Assembly: GCA_934613415.1 (NCBI GenBank)
Contig: CAKTSY010000003.1
Location: 150,001 to 182,000 of the forward strand
Direction: 5' to 3'
Origin: an uncultured Opitutales bacterium
Lineage (GTDB): Bacteria; Verrucomicrobiota; Verrucomicrobiia; Opitutales; Intestinicryptomonadaceae
DNA: 32,000 nucleotides
Under the pieces are notes generated by a model that was not told the DNA's origin, did no database searches, and saw only the letters and a list, made by a program, of their open reading frames with translations. Both the position numbers and the translations under genes were made by a program. Shown piece by piece: positions 9,552-17,500 of this stretch. How positions within the stretch are numbered: position 1 is the stretch's first letter; each line of letters begins with the position of its first letter.

Positions 9552-12500
9552 TTACTTTCTGCGGCGGTATATCGCAAATGCCAAAGCCAATGCGCCGAAT
9601 ATTGCCGCCCATGTAGCCGGTTCTGGAACTTCAAATGTAACGTTAAAGTTCGAGCCGTCTATCGAGAATGTGCCGTTATATTTTGCAGCTGTTTTTGCGT
9701 CTACATATTCAAACGTTTTGCCGTTTAACGACTTTAACGATTCGTTTATGTTTGCTGCATCTGCAAACGAGATAAGGGTCATTTCAACATCAAGCTCTTG
9801 CATGTCGAAGCTCGAGAATAAGAAGTCCGAGCCCAAGACATTGCCGATTAGGTCGTTTTTGATATTGATTGTGTAGTCGGACTGCGAGAAGTCGAAGGCA
9901 AGGTATGCGCCGTCGGCTTTGGTCAACGAATTAACATTTAACGCGCCTGCGGCACCGAATGCCGCACCCGTAGCTATGGAAACATCGCCAACATTTGCGC
10001 TTGCAAGGAGCAATGCGCCGCCGTTAACCGCAACAGAGCCGCCGTTAAGGTTGTTGTTTGTGCCCGAAAGAACCTGTGCATTTGCGCCTGTTTTTACAAT
10101 GCTAATGGTGCTGTTTGCGTTGTTTGCGTAAATACTGCCTGCATATGCGCTTAACGAACCTACATTGTTGCCGAGCTGCAATGTGTAGTCTACATAACCG
10201 CCCATTTCGTTGCCGTATATGTTGCCTGTGCCGTTAAGAGTGCCAACAACTGCCTTGTAGGCTGCTCTTGCTTCGGCGGTTCCAGTATACGAATAGCCAA
10301 GCTTTAGACGGCCGTCGTTCATATTAAGCTCGCCAATATTTACGTTGTAGTCGGTCGACCTTGCAACGCCGCGCAACTGCAACACGCCGTTTGCGTTAAG
10401 GTTTGCCTTGCCAATCGAGATATAGTCGCGGTCGTCGCCGGTGTTCGTACCGTCTTTATTGGCAGTGTATGTAGAGCCGTTTACCGTTACCCATACCGAA
10501 TTTGCGGCGCTGTCGGCACCTATTGTCAATTCTTCGAATGTGGTTTTTTCGAAGCTGTTGAATGCTGTTTCGATAGAACCCGCCGTGCTTGTGATATTGG
10601 CAGTGCCAAAATCCAAATTCTTTGCCAAGAAGGAACCTCTTATATCGTTTTTATAGGCATAGTTTATGTCCAAATTGTCTACTCTATAGTCTGTGCCATA
10701 GTAGCCTGCAACAGTGAAGTTGTACTCGTGGTCGATACTAAATGCGGTTGTATCGATTACCATGTTTTTAACCAAAATGCTGTGGGTATAGTGCGTGCCG
10801 AAGAAAATTTTCTGGCCGGATTTAAACGCCCCCGTAAACTGCAAGTTGTCGATAGTTGCAACATTTGCGGTTGTTTTTGCGGTATTTACACGGGTTTGAA
10901 CACCGTAGGTTGCGGCGTCCGTCGTTTCGCCGCCCTTTAAGGCAAAGGTGCCAAAATGCGTTGTAGCGGTTGCCGCCGTAGAGGCGTTGCGGATATACAA
11001 ATATTGAGTGCCCAAAGCAGTATCGCCCGAAAGCGTAAGTTTGTTAATGTCTAGCTTATTGCCCGCTTTGATACGCGCATGCCCCCAGTCTAGGTTGGCT
11101 GTATACGAGCTGCCCGCTTCGCCCATGCCGCCGGCAATATTCAATTCGTTCACATAAACGTCTTTGCCGTTTAGTTGGAAGAAATAGTCGCCATATTTTG
11201 TGTCGGGTATGCCGCCCGAATATTTGCCGTTACCCTTAAAGTTTATAACGCCCGATATGTTAACGTCTGCCGAAGTACCGCCGTCTACCTTGCCTTTTGC
11301 GGGGTTTGTGTAGTTGATGTGGAACTTGTTTGTTTCGGCGTTGATAACGGCGTCGGCTGCCAATGTAAAGGCGGTGCTTTCGTTGCTTGTGGCAAACTGG
11401 CCGTCTTTAAATGTGGTTGTACCGCTTAAAGTACCGCCGTAGTATTTAAGCAATGCACCGTCGGTAAACGAGGCGTTTTCGGAAACTGCCGTACCGCTCA
11501 TGTTTATCAGGCCGCCCTTTTGGGTGGAATTTACAAACCTGCCGCCGCTAAAGTGCGTTGTGCCACCTACAATTGTAGTGTCGGTTACAACGGCGCTGTC
11601 GTTGATATTTGTAACGCCTTCAACAGTTTCCTCGCCGTCGGCAAATGTTTGCGTTATTGTTTTGCCGCTTACAGCAGAGGCACTGGTTGTGCCCTTAAAC
11701 GAAAGCGTACCGCGGTTGTTAATGTCGCCCATCAAAGAGGCGCTGGCGACATTGTTTATTATAAGGTTACCGCCCTTGGCAATGTCTATATTGCCGATAT
11801 AGGCGTTTTGAACTTCGCTGTCTATCTGCAAGGCGGAATTTGCCGCAACAGTTGAAGCCGCCAGAGAATTCAACGCATAGTCGCCGCTTTCGCTTTTGTC
11901 TACGCCAATTCTTAGTTCGCTTATTGTGCCCTGCCCGTTGCCGAATTTTAATGTCGACGAGCTGTCGAACGCAACATTAAGCCTGCCAAGATTGATGTAG
12001 TCGGCAACAAGCCCTTTGTCTGTATAGAATATAATATTCTTGCCGCCGCCGACAGTCATTGTGTCGGCAACATTCATTGTATTCTGAGACGAAGTCTTAT
12101 CTATAAAGTGGAATGTAAAAGTCTGGTTCGGGTTGGAGGAGTTGCCGAACAAAAATTCTTTTGCAAAATTTATGGTTAAATTATTTGCATAAACATTGGT
12201 GCCGCCGTTGTGAAGACTCGACAAAATTCTTTCCACATAGTTCGTCTTCGATACTACTGTTTTTTCGGCGTCTTTATAGCCCGTTGTCACCATATCGTCG
12301 GTTGTGCCCTTTATCCAGTACATCGGGTGCGAACCGTCGCCCGTCTGCCAAGACTTTTCTTCGTAGGCCTGTATCCATCCGGCGTTGCCGTTAACGTATT
12401 TGTCGCCTTCGGCATAGCCCGAAATTGTAACATTGTCTTCAATAGTGGGGCTTCTGTTTACAGGGCCTTGGTCTAGCACATAGTATTTTACCGTAATGCC

Positions 12501-12671
12501 GTCTTCCTCGTAAACGGGAACGTATTTAGCGTCGGCCGAATACCACATCCTGCCGTCTCTATTATAGGTTGTATTGCCGTCGGCAATCTGCCTATATACC
12601 AAATCGGCACCCAAAGACACCGATGCTGCGGCCGCAAACACCGCAAATATAGCCAATCTTATCGTTTTCAT
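9552..12671 (-). CDS. Secreted beta-helical surface protein with a PATR-type (autotransporter-associated beta-strand) repeat and a C-terminal PEP-CTERM sorting signal
   Basis: Signal peptide MKTIRLAIFAVFAAAASVSLGA. G/N/T/S-rich sequence typical of parallel beta-helices. PATR-like unit SIVKTGANAQVLSGTNNNLNGGSVAVNGGALLLAS. C-terminus VPEPATWAAIFGALALAFAIYRRRK. ATG confirmed at 12669-12671. Confidence 0.85.
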   Translation of the reverse strand: MKTIRLAIFAVFAAAASVSLGADLVYRQIADGNTTYNRDGRMWYSADAKYVPVYEEDGITVKYYVLDQGPVNRSPTIEDNVTISGYAEGDKYVNGNAGWIQAYEEKSWQTGDGSHPMYWIKGTTDDMVTTGYKDAEKTVVSKTNYVERILSSLHNGGTNVYANNLTINFAKEFLFGNSSNPNQTFTFHFIDKTSSQNTMNVADTMTVGGGKNIIFYTDKGLVADYINLGRLNVAFDSSSTLKFGNGQGTISELRIGVDKSESGDYALNSLAASTVAANSALQIDSEVQNAYIGNIDIAKGGNLIINNVASASLMGDINNRGTLSFKGTTSASAVSGKTITQTFADGEETVEGVTNINDSAVVTDTTIVGGTTHFSGGRFVNSTQKGGLINMSGTAVSENASFTDGALLKYYGGTLSGTTTFKDGQFATSNESTAFTLAADAVINAETNKFHINYTNPAKGKVDGGTSADVNISGVINFKGNGKYSGGIPDTKYGDYFFQLNGKDVYVNELNIAGGMGEAGSSYTANLDWGHARIKAGNKLDINKLTLSGDTALGTQYLYIRNASTAATATTHFGTFALKGGETTDAATYGVQTRVNTAKTTANVATIDNLQFTGAFKSGQKIFFGTHYTHSILVKNMVIDTTAFSIDHEYNFTVAGYYGTDYRVDNLDINYAYKNDIRGSFLAKNLDFGTANITSTAGSIETAFNSFEKTTFEELTIGADSAANSVWVTVNGSTYTANKDGTNTGDDRDYISIGKANLNANGVLQLRGVARSTDYNVNIGELNMNDGRLKLGYSYTGTAEARAAYKAVVGTLNGTGNIYGNEMGGYVDYTLQLGNNVGSLSAYAGSIYANNANSTISIVKTGANAQVLSGTNNNLNGGSVAVNGGALLLASANVGDVSIATGAAFGAAGALNVNSLTKADGAYLAFDFSQSDYTINIKNDLIGNVLGSDFLFSSFDMQELDVEMTLISFADAANINESLKSLNGKTFEYVDAKTAAKYNGTFSIDGSNFNVTFEVPEPATWAAIFGALALAFAIYRRRK
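9555..9629 (-). other. PEP-CTERM sorting domain (exosortase recognition signal)
   Basis: The last 25 codons give VPEP, then the hydrophobic helix ATWAAIFGALALAFAIY, then the basic tail RRRK. This is the canonical tripartite PEP-CTERM layout. Confidence 0.9.
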
Positions 12672-12754
12672 TGTTAGTATCCTAAAAGTATATTACTAAA
12701 GTTTGGGGTGTATCATTGTCCATAACTCGCACCTTTGCAAGTATTTTTTTATTC

Positions 12755-12766
12755 AAAAAAAAAAAA
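12755..12766. repeat. A12 homopolymer (T12 on the coding strand of the 9552..12671 gene), 84-95 nt upstream of its ATG
   Basis: Counted directly: 12 consecutive A at 12755-12766. A TTGCAA hexamer (12735-12740) lies 14 nt closer to the gene. Confidence 0.9.
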
Positions 12767-12783
12767 TGATTAAAAAAATTACC

Positions 12784-12814
12784 CACACTTTGCTTTTTTA
12801 AAAAGCAAAGTGTG
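12784..12814. promoter_or_regulatory. Perfect 15-bp inverted repeat with 1-nt spacer (operator or insulating hairpin)
   Basis: CACACTTTGCTTTTT (12784-12798), t, AAAAAGCAAAGTGTG (12800-12814) are exact reverse complements. On the minus strand the hairpin is followed by GGGTAATTTTTTT. Confidence 0.5.
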
Positions 12815-12888
12815 CAAAAAAGCAAAAATCCAAAAAAATAAAAGCTACTTGTATAAATCGCAAACGGCACATGCCGCAAAAAGAATGC

Positions 12889-12964
12889 CCTATCGCTAAA
12901 ACAGAAAAATCACCCACATAAAAAATTCCTATCGCCTAAAACAAAAATGCGCATCACACCCACA
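12889..12964. repeat. Degenerate direct repeat pair in an ORF-free AT-rich spacer
   Basis: CCTATCGCTAAAACA (12889-12903) with CACCCACA (12911-12918) is repeated as CCTATCGCCTAAAACA (12928-12943) with CACCCACA (12957-12964). Confidence 0.6.
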
Positions 12965-13066
12965 CCACCTAAAACTATGCCCATTAAATTCGCCTAAAAA
13001 TATGTCGATTTTTGCAAATAAATTGCACAAACTAGCCGTCCAAAATTCCCCTAAAAACCCCTTTCC

Positions 13067-13155
13067 CCACAAAAAGTCCATCAAAAAAAGTAAAACTTTC
13101 CCTAAAAGTCGATGGACTTTTGTAGAAGTTTCCACAAAAGTTGATTGACTTTTGT
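13067..13155. promoter_or_regulatory. Cluster of related ACAAAAGT(C) palindromes upstream of the AAA+ ATPase gene (candidate operators)
   Basis: AAAAGTC-gatg-GACTTTT at 13104-13121 and ACAAAAGT-tgattg-ACTTTTGT at 13134-13155, with centres 32 bp apart. CCACAAAAAGTCCATC at 13067-13082 is the near reverse complement of GATGGACTTTTGTAG (13111-13125). The cluster ends 37 nt before ATG 13192. Confidence 0.45.
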
Positions 13156-13191
13156 ATAGAATTCTACAAAAACATACCCACTAAAGAAAAT

Positions 13192-14478
13192 ATGGAACGC
13201 TTTGCAATAAATAAACTTATAGACTGGAAAAAGTCTAAAAACAGAAAACCCCTAATAATAGAGGGTGCGCGCCAAGTGGGCAAAACCTACCTTATGCGCG
13301 AATTCGGCTCAAAGTTTTACAAAAACACGCTTTATGTAAACTTCGACCGCAACGAAAGAGCAAAAGACAGGTTTAAGGGCGACATAGACCCCGCAAGAAT
13401 ACTAAAAGAGCTTTCCGTTCAGTTCGAATGTGAAATAAACGAAAACACCCTTATTATTTTCGACGAAATTCAGGAATGCAAAAACGCCCTGCGCTCGTTA
13501 AAATATTTTTGCGAAGAAACCCCGCAATATAGCATAATGGCGGCGGGCAGTTTGCTTGGGGTTGCCCTGCACGAAAACGATTCGTTCCCAGTGGGCAAAA
13601 CCGACTTTTTGCAGATGTACCCGCTTTCTTTCTACGAATTTTTGTTGGCTACAGGCAAAAAAATGCTGGTAGACATTCTGCGCGAAAAAGATGTACAAAC
13701 AATAACGTCGTTTAAAGACACCCTTACCGAGCTTTTGCGCGTTTACTACATAACAGGGGGAATGCCCGCCGTTGTAAACAGCTATATTTTGGAACACGAC
13801 TTTGCCAAAGTAAGGGAAACTCAAAATGCTATATTGACAGCCTACCAGCTTGATTTTTCGAAACACATACCCTTGTCGGCATATCCAAAAGTAGGGCAAA
13901 TTTGGAATTCGTTGCCGCAACAACTTGCAAAGGAAAATAAAAAGTTTGCATATAATTTGGTGGCAAAAAACGCAAAGAGCAAGGAATATTCGGTTGCGTT
14001 AAACTGGCTTGTTAAAACGGGGCTTTCGTACGAAATAAACAAAGTTTCCAAGCCCGATTTGCCGCTAAGCGCATACGCCGAAAGCGGATTTTTTAAGCTG
14101 TATTCTTTAGATGTGGGGTTGCTTGGCGCGCTAAGCGGGCTAGACACTCAAACGGTTTTAAATTCGAATACGCTTTTTACCGAATTTAAGGGAGCGTTAA
14201 CCGAGCAGTTTGTTTTGCAACAATTAAAGGCATTGGGCATAAAGAATGTCTATTACTGGACAAGCAATGCAAACGCCGAAATAGACTTTTTGATACAACA
14301 CCAAAACGATGTAATTCCGGTAGAGGTGAAGGCGTCGATAAACAATCAGGCAAAGAGCCTGAAAGTTTATAGGCAAAAATATTCGCCGAGAAAATCATAC
14401 AGAATTTCGCTGAACGACTACAAGATAGACGGCGACATTGTAAACATTCCGTTATATGCGATGGAATCTTTCGTTTAA
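13192..14478 (+). CDS. AAA+ ATPase with a C-terminal PD-(D/E)xK nuclease-like domain (COG1373 / AAA_14 + DUF4143-type architecture)
   Basis: Walker A GARQVGKT (13264-13287), Walker B LIIFDEIQ, and a C-terminal EIDF...VIPVEVKAS (14278-14331) D...E-x-K signature. The track start 13141 is a TTG inside the palindrome cluster. ATG 13192 (MERFAINKLIDWKK) is preferred. Confidence 0.85.
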   Translation: MERFAINKLIDWKKSKNRKPLIIEGARQVGKTYLMREFGSKFYKNTLYVNFDRNERAKDRFKGDIDPARILKELSVQFECEINENTLIIFDEIQECKNALRSLKYFCEETPQYSIMAAGSLLGVALHENDSFPVGKTDFLQMYPLSFYEFLLATGKKMLVDILREKDVQTITSFKDTLTELLRVYYITGGMPAVVNSYILEHDFAKVRETQNAILTAYQLDFSKHIPLSAYPKVGQIWNSLPQQLAKENKKFAYNLVAKNAKSKEYSVALNWLVKTGLSYEINKVSKPDLPLSAYAESGFFKLYSLDVGLLGALSGLDTQTVLNSNTLFTEFKGALTEQFVLQQLKALGIKNVYYWTSNANAEIDFLIQHQNDVIPVEVKASINNQAKSLKVYRQKYSPRKSYRISLNDYKIDGDIVNIPLYAMESFV

Positions 14479-14543
14479 AAGTTTTCTTTTTTTCTACCCA
14501 CTTTTTAGGCAAAAGGGGGTTTATACGCGCAAAATATACACAA

Positions 14544-14580
14544 AAAATGCCGCAGTAGATTTCTGCGGCATTTTGTTTTT
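14544..14580. terminator. Bidirectional rho-independent terminator between the convergent AAA+ gene and the giant gene
   Basis: AAAATGCCGCAG (14544-14555) pairs with CTGCGGCATTTT (14563-14574), a 12-bp stem with a 7-nt loop. It is A-rich to the left and followed by TTTTGTTTTT to the right. Confidence 0.85.
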
Positions 14581-14597
14581 GTAGGCTAGTTTTTTGG

Positions 14598-17500
14598 CTA
14601 GATTTCTCTTTCCGACAACCAGCGGAACGACACAACTTTAAAGCGTCTGCCCAAATATTTGTTAGACAAGTTGCCGTCGCTTAGTTCCGTATATATTGTG
14701 TCGTAGTCGGTCTTGTTCTGCGTGCCCAATTCCCTGTCGCGGTTTTCTATGTCGGTGGGTGCATTTGCAACCGAGTCTACATATTCAGGATAACGCTGAA
14801 CAACCATTTCACACCAAGCCTTGCTTTCTATTGCGCCTGTAATTGGGTTGCGGATTTCGCCGTAGGCTCTAATCTTAAAGGTGTCGCCCCTTACGGTTAT
14901 AAACGAGCCTATTTGCTGGAGAATGTCGGCCTGTGTTAGATATGCCGATGCCCCCGCCAATGTAGAACCTAAAACTGCGCGGTAGTTTTCCCACGATTCG
15001 CGCGGGTCGCCCATATAAGACCAAATTTGCCCCAACTGCGAAGCCGACGGGAACGAGCCGCAAACGGCAAGCGTCCAGTTGGCGGAGCGGTCGTCGTAGC
15101 TGGATATTTTTGCAAAGCGCGAATTTAGCGCGCTGTCGCCAAGCTCTATAAGGTATGCCGAATCGAAGAACGCTTCGTTTATTATCGTCATATCTATAGC
15201 CGACTGCATAACACCCTTTTGCATATGGTTTTGCATAACATAGAACGACTCTTTGTTTTCGTCTTTATTTACGTTAATCTTCGAGGCGTCCGACAGGGCA
15301 TCTCCTGCGTAAAAGTCGTCGCTTAGGTCGTAAACGCGCTGTTGGTGCATTCTTCTTACTTCGGCAGAACGCATTTCAACAGTGCGGTTTACAAAGTCTG
15401 CCAAAGAGTAGAATGGGCCGCGGTCTTTTACGTTTTCTACCATCGAAAGCGCAAGCTCTTCAAGCTCTTGGCTGTCGAGTGCCCTAAAGTTTGTCATGGC
15501 GTTCTTCGCGCTATTGTCTACGCTGTTGTCGGTAAATTCCTTATTTGTTGCGGGCAAACCGTTTCTTGGGAAGGGAGCCTTTTTGCCGACCCTTATGGGC
15601 GAAGTGCTGTCTACACTCATAACATCGGTGCCAAAGCTTGTTGCCAAAACCGCCTTCCATGCGTCGACATCTGTAGAATTTACGTTAAATGGCCCGTTAA
15701 TCCACAACCTTGCGGCGTTCGCCTCGAAGTCTAATTCCAAGTTGCGCGAATCGGAAATTGTGCTCTTTACATCACCCCTTAGGTGCGGAACCTGAATATC
15801 GGGGCCTAGGGTATCTACATACTTTATGCGCGGGTTGCGCGGGTTCCAATAAGTGCGGTCTAGCCTTGTGGAACGTTCGTCGGTTCTATAGGGTATGGTA
15901 GAGAAGAAGTATTCGTCCCACAAAACGTCGTTTAAGTGCCACGACAAGTCGTAGTTAATACCCCTATATTCCGATTCCATCTGGAAAGTGCCGTTTCTTG
16001 TTGCCGAAGCCGTTGTTGCCTTTTCGCCGTCGCACCACCAAAAGTCGTATGTTCTTTCGGGGGCAATGCGCATATTGGCAAACGAATTGCCTATTGAATA
16101 TGTCGGGTACAAAATGTCGCCGGTTGCAACACCCAAGCCCCAAGCCGAAAAGCCGCCGCGGCCAACTTCGGCACCGAACGACAAGTCTGCCGAAGACAAC
16201 TGCGCCATATTCGAAACAACTTCCTTTTCCCTTAAGAAGTGCCTCATGGGCAAGTCGTAGGTATTTGCAGAAGTCGGGTTCGGGCCAACCTGAGCCTTTT
16301 CGCCCATATTCCTTAATATGTTAATTGTCTTATATATGTAGCGACTGCCTGCATTGCGGCCATCGCCGCCAAATTCAACTGCGGCATATTGCATATTGTT
16401 TAACCTGCCGAAACGGCCGTGGCCTTCGCCCGTAAATATCTGCCCAGTACGCGGGCCGTAGCTGCTGTCGCGCAAAGAGCCGCCGCGGGCTGCAGTTGGG
16501 TCGCCGTAAAACTTGCCCGTTATGTTCGTGTTTGTTATATACGGGTATTTTAACGGATACTGCGTTTGCCAATCTACGGAACTGTCGAGATTTGTAGAGA
16601 TTGGCCTATATGCGCTTACGCCAACCGACATAACAATGCGGTCGCTATTTTGCCCCGTAAAGTTGGAGATGGGCAAAGCCGCCGTGCTTGTTGCAGCAAC
16701 CACAAAGGGGACAAAGTTTTGGGGCTGGCGGTCGTAGCAGCGCCCGCCGCTGTTGTTGTCTTTATCGGTAGTATACGCCGTGCTCCAAAACGAGGGGCTT
16801 ATGCGGCGCGGGTCTGTAAAGAGGAAATAAAAGTCTTCCCAAAACCAGTAGCCGTTTGTAGAAATGTTGCCCAAACCGGCTTGGCGTTTAAATTCCTTAT
16901 AGAATTCGTATTCGCTTGAAAACGCCTGCTGCCACTGGGGAACCGCCGCCTTTATCTTGTTCAACAAATATTTGTCGTAGGGCGACTTTGCATTGTTGCC
17001 AAGCCACTGCAAATAGGGCTGCGAGAAAAAGCCCTTTACATAGTTGCTTTCAAACCTAATTCCGTAGCCGTTGTTTAGGTAGTTGTAGCCCAAACCTGTA
17101 GAGCCTTCGCCGAACATGCAGTTTGCGCCGCTAAGCATATTTGCAGCCCCTATGGCACTGCCGCCCATGCCGCCGTATCTCCACAAGGGGTGCTCGCCCC
17201 ACGAAACGGTATCTTTTGCCCAGTTCATTCTGGGGAAGGGGAAAGACGTTATATTGTTACCGCCTGTAGAGTCCCAACAGTTTTGGTTAAGCAAATATCT
17301 TTTTAATGTTTGGAAGGTTGCCGCATTGCGCGGGGCGTTGTCGTTGCCGTCGTCGTCTCTATATAGATTTACCTTGTTGTTGTCGTCGGAATAGTCCCAC
17401 ATTAAAAGGGGAGTTCTTTCAATAGACCAGCTCAATACGCTGTTGAACGCGCCAAGCTTGCCCCTGTCGGGAATCTCCTTCATCGGGTTGTTGCTGCCCA

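Noticed and set aside
9329-9634. N-terminal 102 codons of the 391-aa track ORF 8459..9634 (ispH)
   Set aside because: The conserved IspH sequence begins at MKVIRAKSAGFCFGV (ATG 9328, preceded by AGGGGGC). The upstream part is C/F/K-rich, spans the terminator of the upstream gene and overlaps its 3' end.
12682-13135. Track ORFs 12682..12879 (65 aa) and 12929..13135 (68 aa) on the minus strand
   Set aside because: They are low-complexity F/L/K-rich translations of poly-A/T and repeat DNA in a promoter region. They have no RBS and no recognisable motif.
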